A stretch of DNA of 64,000 nucleotides from Myxococcota bacterium (GTDB lineage Bacteria; Myxococcota_A; UBA796; GCA-2862545), in the NCBI GenBank assembly GCA_039208735.1, contig JBCCQY010000024.1, positions 1 to 64,000 of the forward strand, given 5' to 3'. The position numbers and the translations under genes are program-made. The notes beneath the pieces were generated by a model. That model saw only the letters and a program-made list of their open reading frames with translations, did not search any database and was not told where the DNA came from. This document shows positions 60,103 through 64,000 of this stretch, in pieces. Position 1 is the first letter of the stretch. Each line of letters begins with the position of its first letter.

Positions 60103-61026
60103 GTGGCTGGCTTTGACCCAAAGACCCCTCCCGCACAGCGTCGGCGGGTGGTGGCGGTGATCGTGGCGGCGTTACTTGGCATTTCGAGTTCCGCCGTCCT
60201 CGTCAAATTGATGCAGGCGACCGCGCTCGCCATTGCGACCTGGCGGATGGTGGGGGCGGCCGTGCTGGTGAGCGTGCTTGCCGGGGGGGCGATGCGACAG
60301 CTGCGCGCCCGTCATTTGCCTTCGGTGACACTGGCGGGGCTGGCGTTAGCCCTTCACTTTTGGACCTGGTTCGCCTCGGTGCAGTACACCACCGTGCTGA
60401 GATCAACGTTGTTGGTGTCGCTGGTGCCGGTGTGGACCGCGCTACTCGAAGGGTTTCGGGGAGCCGGTTGGCCTACCCTTCGCCAACTCGGTGGCTTCGT
60501 CGTGGCCCTTGGGGGACTGGCGGTCATCGAAGGCTTGTCCGGCCCGGTGGTGTCGTCGACCGTCGACCCCGAAACCGCCTGGATGGGCGATGCGCTCGCG
60601 ACCTTTGCGGGCATGCTCTGGGCCATCTACCTTTCGGTGGGTCGTCGGGTCCGCCAAACGTTGCCTGTAACCGTGTACTTTGCCGTAGTTTGCGCGGTTG
60701 GTGCCATCGCCTTGGGAGGCCTGTCGTTCGCCTTAGGGCGTGCCGAAGATCTGGTGGCCTTCGATGCCACGACCGCAGGCCTCATCGGGTTGGCGATCTT
60801 GGGGCCCCAGTTGCTTGGCCACCAAGGCTTCGCCTACGCGATCAAGTGGGTCGACGCGACTACGATCTCCTTGGTGATGCTCCTCGAGCCTGTGGGGGCA
60901 TCGCTTCTCGCGTTGGTTGTGCTTGCGGAAAGGCCGTCCGCCGCTGCCGCCGCTGGGGCCTTGCTCATTGTGGCGGGCGTGGCGTTCGCCACGATCGAAA
61001 CGCCAGCGGAGGCCGATGGACCATAG
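60103..61026 (+). CDS. DMT/EamA-family transporter
   Basis: About 10 TMs; LALHFWTWFASVQYTTV, GDALA, QLLGH, LLEPVGA. Confidence 0.9.
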   Translation: MAGFDPKTPPAQRRRVVAVIVAALLGISSSAVLVKLMQATALAIATWRMVGAAVLVSVLAGGAMRQLRARHLPSVTLAGLALALHFWTWFASVQYTTVLRSTLLVSLVPVWTALLEGFRGAGWPTLRQLGGFVVALGGLAVIEGLSGPVVSSTVDPETAWMGDALATFAGMLWAIYLSVGRRVRQTLPVTVYFAVVCAVGAIALGGLSFALGRAEDLVAFDATTAGLIGLAILGPQLLGHQGFAYAIKWVDATTISLVMLLEPVGASLLALVVLAERPSAAAAAGALLIVAGVAFATIETPAEADGP

Positions 61027-61050
61027 GTCGTGTGAGGTACGGAGGACTCG

Positions 61051-61680
61051 ATGATCGGCTTGGCAGTCTGGACCGCAGTGGCGAGTGCCGCTCCCACCAC
61101 CTATTCCCTGAAGCCCGCGGACAGTGCGCTGTTCGTGGTCGTGTTCAACGACCAGACCACGGTGGCGAGTGGGCTTGGGCACGACCATGCCATCTCTCCC
61201 CGGACCTTCGACGGGAGCGTGACCTGGGACCCCGAAGACCTCTCGGCCTGCAAGGTCCAAATCTCGTTTCCTGTGAGCGAACTCTTTCCGGATCTTCCTG
61301 GGTTTCGTGAACTCGCCGGCCTGGACCCCGATGGGGCGGTGAACGACAACCAAAAAGAGCAGATCAAGAAGAACTTCTTGAAGTCCTCCCAGCTCAACGG
61401 GCCGAAGTTCCCCACCATTCGCTACGCCTCAACCCATTGTGCGCCGAGCAAACAGGCAGGGCGGGTGAACGTGACCGGTCAGCTGACGATTCGGGGCACG
61501 GCACTGACCGTGACCGTCCCCATGAAAATTCAGGCATCCGGCGCATCTTTTGCCGCACAAGGGAGCTTTGAAGCCCTGCACAGCGACTTCGGGTTCAAGC
61601 CGTTCACCAATCTGCTTGGCGCGCTTCGCAACGAAGATCGCATGAAGTTCGTGATCGATGTCAAGGGATCGGCTGGCTGA
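61051..61680 (+). CDS. YceI-family exported lipid/polyisoprenoid-binding protein
   Basis: GHDH, LNGPKFPTIRYAS, VTGQLTIRG, SDFGFKP. Confidence 0.85.
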   Translation: MIGLAVWTAVASAAPTTYSLKPADSALFVVVFNDQTTVASGLGHDHAISPRTFDGSVTWDPEDLSACKVQISFPVSELFPDLPGFRELAGLDPDGAVNDNQKEQIKKNFLKSSQLNGPKFPTIRYASTHCAPSKQAGRVNVTGQLTIRGTALTVTVPMKIQASGASFAAQGSFEALHSDFGFKPFTNLLGALRNEDRMKFVIDVKGSAG

Positions 61681-63721
61681 ACGCCAAGGCTTGAGCCAGC
61701 GCCTCGGGTTCCCCGGACTGGGCCAACCAAGCTTGGATTTCGGCGAGCACGTCAGCGTAGCGGCGGCGTGACCACAGCAACGTCAGGATCCGACGCGCGG
61801 TGGTGGGCTCGTTGGTCGCCACCACATGGGCGGGAAGCGAAGCGAACGCGGCTGCGGCGCTCTCGAATCCCGCTTTTCGTAAACTTGGGATCGGCAGGAA
61901 CAGCCACAACCCCACGTCTCCGGCGAGGCGCCGACGAAGCCGCATCCCCAAGTGGCCCATCGTGTAGCGCGCATTCACCTCGCTGATCGGTTTCAATCGA
62001 AGGGTCGAGTCTCCGACCACCAATGCATCGACCGACAACGGCCCACGAAACCCCTTTGCCCGGGCGGCTTCCCCCACCTGACGTGCCGCCGCTGTCGCCT
62101 GATCCACGAAACGTTGCTCCGCGAAGGCTCGGCGAACATCGGAGGGCAGGCCGAGATTAGGTGAGCCCAGCACAACGCCGCGAAAGATGCCTTGAAACGA
62201 TCCGAAACGCGTCGTTCCGACGATCCGAGCCGTTTCGCCGACCTGCACGTGGGTCGACAGCTCCGCCACGACGGGAAGGTGCCGTTCGACCACCACGGAT
62301 CCTGCCGCCAAGAGCCGTCGAACGGCTCGTTCGGAGCGTGCGTCGAGCGGTCCCGGGGGCACCCGGACGCGATGTTGGCCTGATGTCGACAGGGGCGCCT
62401 TGACCCAGCATTCGCCAAGGGCGTTGCGAATGGCGTCGACTTCCGCCCACGTGGTCGCCACCTGCCCTACATCCTTTGCCTCGACCTCGTGGGCTTCCGC
62501 GAACTGCTGCAACTGGCGCAAGGCCCAGGTTTTTTCGTGGAGTTCGGACTGGCCTTCGATCGTGGGCAGGGCATCGGTCACCGTCGCAAAGCGGTCTCGC
62601 ATCGCGGGCGACCAGCCCCATGGCTCCGGAACGCCTTGACCCGGCCAGGCGTCAGGGTTGAGTTCAGGCACGAACTGCGGAATCGGTAGGCCACGTTTCG
62701 ACCAACGAACGAGGGTCTCCCGGGTGGGGGCCTCGGCAATGACAACGTCGTCCGGCGAGGCAAGGACCGACAAGATCGGTCCGAGATCGTGGTCAATATC
62801 GGTCGGGATGCGGGAGGGCGTCCGGTCCGCCCACTCATCTTCGAGGCTCGATGTGAAAAGGAACACGCGAGGACTTCGGCCTCGAGAATTCGTCGTGACG
62901 GAAATTCGATCGATGAAGTCGTCATCTAGACCAGCCGCGCGCCGGGCCTCTCGCACCACAGTGGGCCCACGGCCTCGGACGGGGGTGAGTGGAAAGCGAA
63001 GGGCCTGGGTCCAGGCGTCGAAGTCGTCAAGCTTGGGATCCTTCAACTGACGGAGCCAGTGGGCGCCAACCCGTACATGTCGAATCTCATCGTCATGCAC
63101 AGCATCGAGCACGCTGGCCGTGGCTTCGTCGCCCGCCCGGCGAAATGCGGCGGCCCAAAGTCGTGAAAAGTCCAGGTTGGCTTGCTCGAGACCGAGTTCG
63201 AGCCCCGAGATGAAGGAAAGCGGGTTGTCGACGCGGTGGAGTGCATCCCAGAAGAAGGCTGAGACCGCATATTCCCCGAATTGCACTCCCAGATCTTCCA
63301 GGCGACTGACGTAGTGGCTCACATGACGCTGTTCATCGCGCAGCGTCGCAAGCCAACTACGCCGTAGCCCCCGAGGGGCGTCGGGAAATCGCAACAGCGC
63401 CAAGGCGAACAACTCCACCGCGAGCAGCTCGTGGTTCGCCATGGCGTGCAGCACTACGGCACGCTGTGTGTCGTTCAAGCGATCGCGAGGCGAAGGAAGC
63501 GAGGGCCGAGGTCCACGGCCAAGGCTCAATCCTTCCGGGCGTCCTGGATGATCCGGCAACGATCGAGGTGGGGTTTGTCGGTCGACGAGCGTTTCGGTAG
63601 GGCCGGCGAGCTTCGCGGACAACGTCGTCGCGTGCAGGATCTGCTCGGCGTAATGGGCGACGGTAGCCAAAGGAGTTCCTCGTGCGTGCGATGACCAGAG
63701 CCTGACGGCGTCGATCGTCAT
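61661..63721 (-). CDS. DUF455 ferritin-like di-iron domain fused to an ATP-grasp-like domain
   Basis: HAMANHELLAVE, DEQRH, LEQANLD, DEIRHV; C-terminal PWGWSP, WVKAPLSTSGQ, VVVERH, FRGPLSVDA, EVNARYTMG. Confidence 0.75.
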   Translation of the reverse strand: MTIDAVRLWSSHARGTPLATVAHYAEQILHATTLSAKLAGPTETLVDRQTPPRSLPDHPGRPEGLSLGRGPRPSLPSPRDRLNDTQRAVVLHAMANHELLAVELFALALLRFPDAPRGLRRSWLATLRDEQRHVSHYVSRLEDLGVQFGEYAVSAFFWDALHRVDNPLSFISGLELGLEQANLDFSRLWAAAFRRAGDEATASVLDAVHDDEIRHVRVGAHWLRQLKDPKLDDFDAWTQALRFPLTPVRGRGPTVVREARRAAGLDDDFIDRISVTTNSRGRSPRVFLFTSSLEDEWADRTPSRIPTDIDHDLGPILSVLASPDDVVIAEAPTRETLVRWSKRGLPIPQFVPELNPDAWPGQGVPEPWGWSPAMRDRFATVTDALPTIEGQSELHEKTWALRQLQQFAEAHEVEAKDVGQVATTWAEVDAIRNALGECWVKAPLSTSGQHRVRVPPGPLDARSERAVRRLLAAGSVVVERHLPVVAELSTHVQVGETARIVGTTRFGSFQGIFRGVVLGSPNLGLPSDVRRAFAEQRFVDQATAAARQVGEAARAKGFRGPLSVDALVVGDSTLRLKPISEVNARYTMGHLGMRLRRRLAGDVGLWLFLPIPSLRKAGFESAAAAFASLPAHVVATNEPTTARRILTLLWSRRRYADVLAEIQAWLAQSGEPEALAQALAFSQPIP

Positions 63722-63732
63722 ACAATCGCAGC

Positions 63733-64000
63733 ATGACGCAAGCAGGTTCCGAAGTTCGGCGGTATCGGATCCACGATGTGCTCGGCAAGGGCACGTTTGG
63801 GACCGTGTACCGCGCCGAGCGTGAGGCAGGGGGCGAACGGGCTCCGGTTGTCGTGAAGGTCCTCAACGATGAACTTCAGCGCGACATCGAGCACCTGAAG
63901 GGGCTGCGGCGACTGAATCGGGCGTTGCGGGCCTCTAATGCGCCGGGTCTCGTGAAGACCGAGGGCCCCATTGAGCTTGAAGGTAAGCTCGTGGTGGTGG
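63733..64000 (+). CDS. Ser/Thr protein kinase, N-terminal part (runs off window; absent from ORF track)
   Basis: MTQAGSEVRRYRIHDVLGKGTFGTVYRAE...VVVKVL: Gly-rich loop and catalytic Lys. Confidence 0.8.
   Translation, partial: MTQAGSEVRRYRIHDVLGKGTFGTVYRAEREAGGERAPVVVKVLNDELQRDIEHLKGLRRLNRALRASNAPGLVKTEGPIELEGKLVVV

Overview
High-GC (~65%) bacterial chromosome window, gene-dense, with no rRNA, tRNA, CRISPR, prophage or IS that I can support. The gene content points to a Myxococcota-like organism (inference): DUF4388 protein, Ser/Thr kinases, FHA protein, DUF1501 operon, MopE-type repeats. Housekeeping genes are hutU, rpoZ, lysC, pssA, trmO, recX, hemB, hemJ, groES/groEL, proC, phnCDEE and an XPB helicase pair. 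The two strongest unusual signals are: (1) an ORF at 54097-55155 whose C-terminal half follows, motif by motif, the catalytic domain of the eukaryotic cap-specific m6Am methyltransferase PCIF1/CAPAM, with no restriction partner nearby; (2) a thioredoxin-fold lipoprotein gene at 33056-33745 that the ORF track splits at an in-frame TGA lying in a W-U-P-A-C redox motif and followed by a SECIS-like hairpin, i.e. a likely unannotated selenoprotein. Also noted: an orphan flagellin, a DUF1585/DUF1501 operon bracketed by two Cys-patterned paralogues, a Clp-N/acidic-linker/membrane-anchor fusion, a ferritin-like/ATP-grasp fusion, very short charge-less signal peptides, and several apparently leaderless genes. 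All family calls come from recalled motifs, not database searches.
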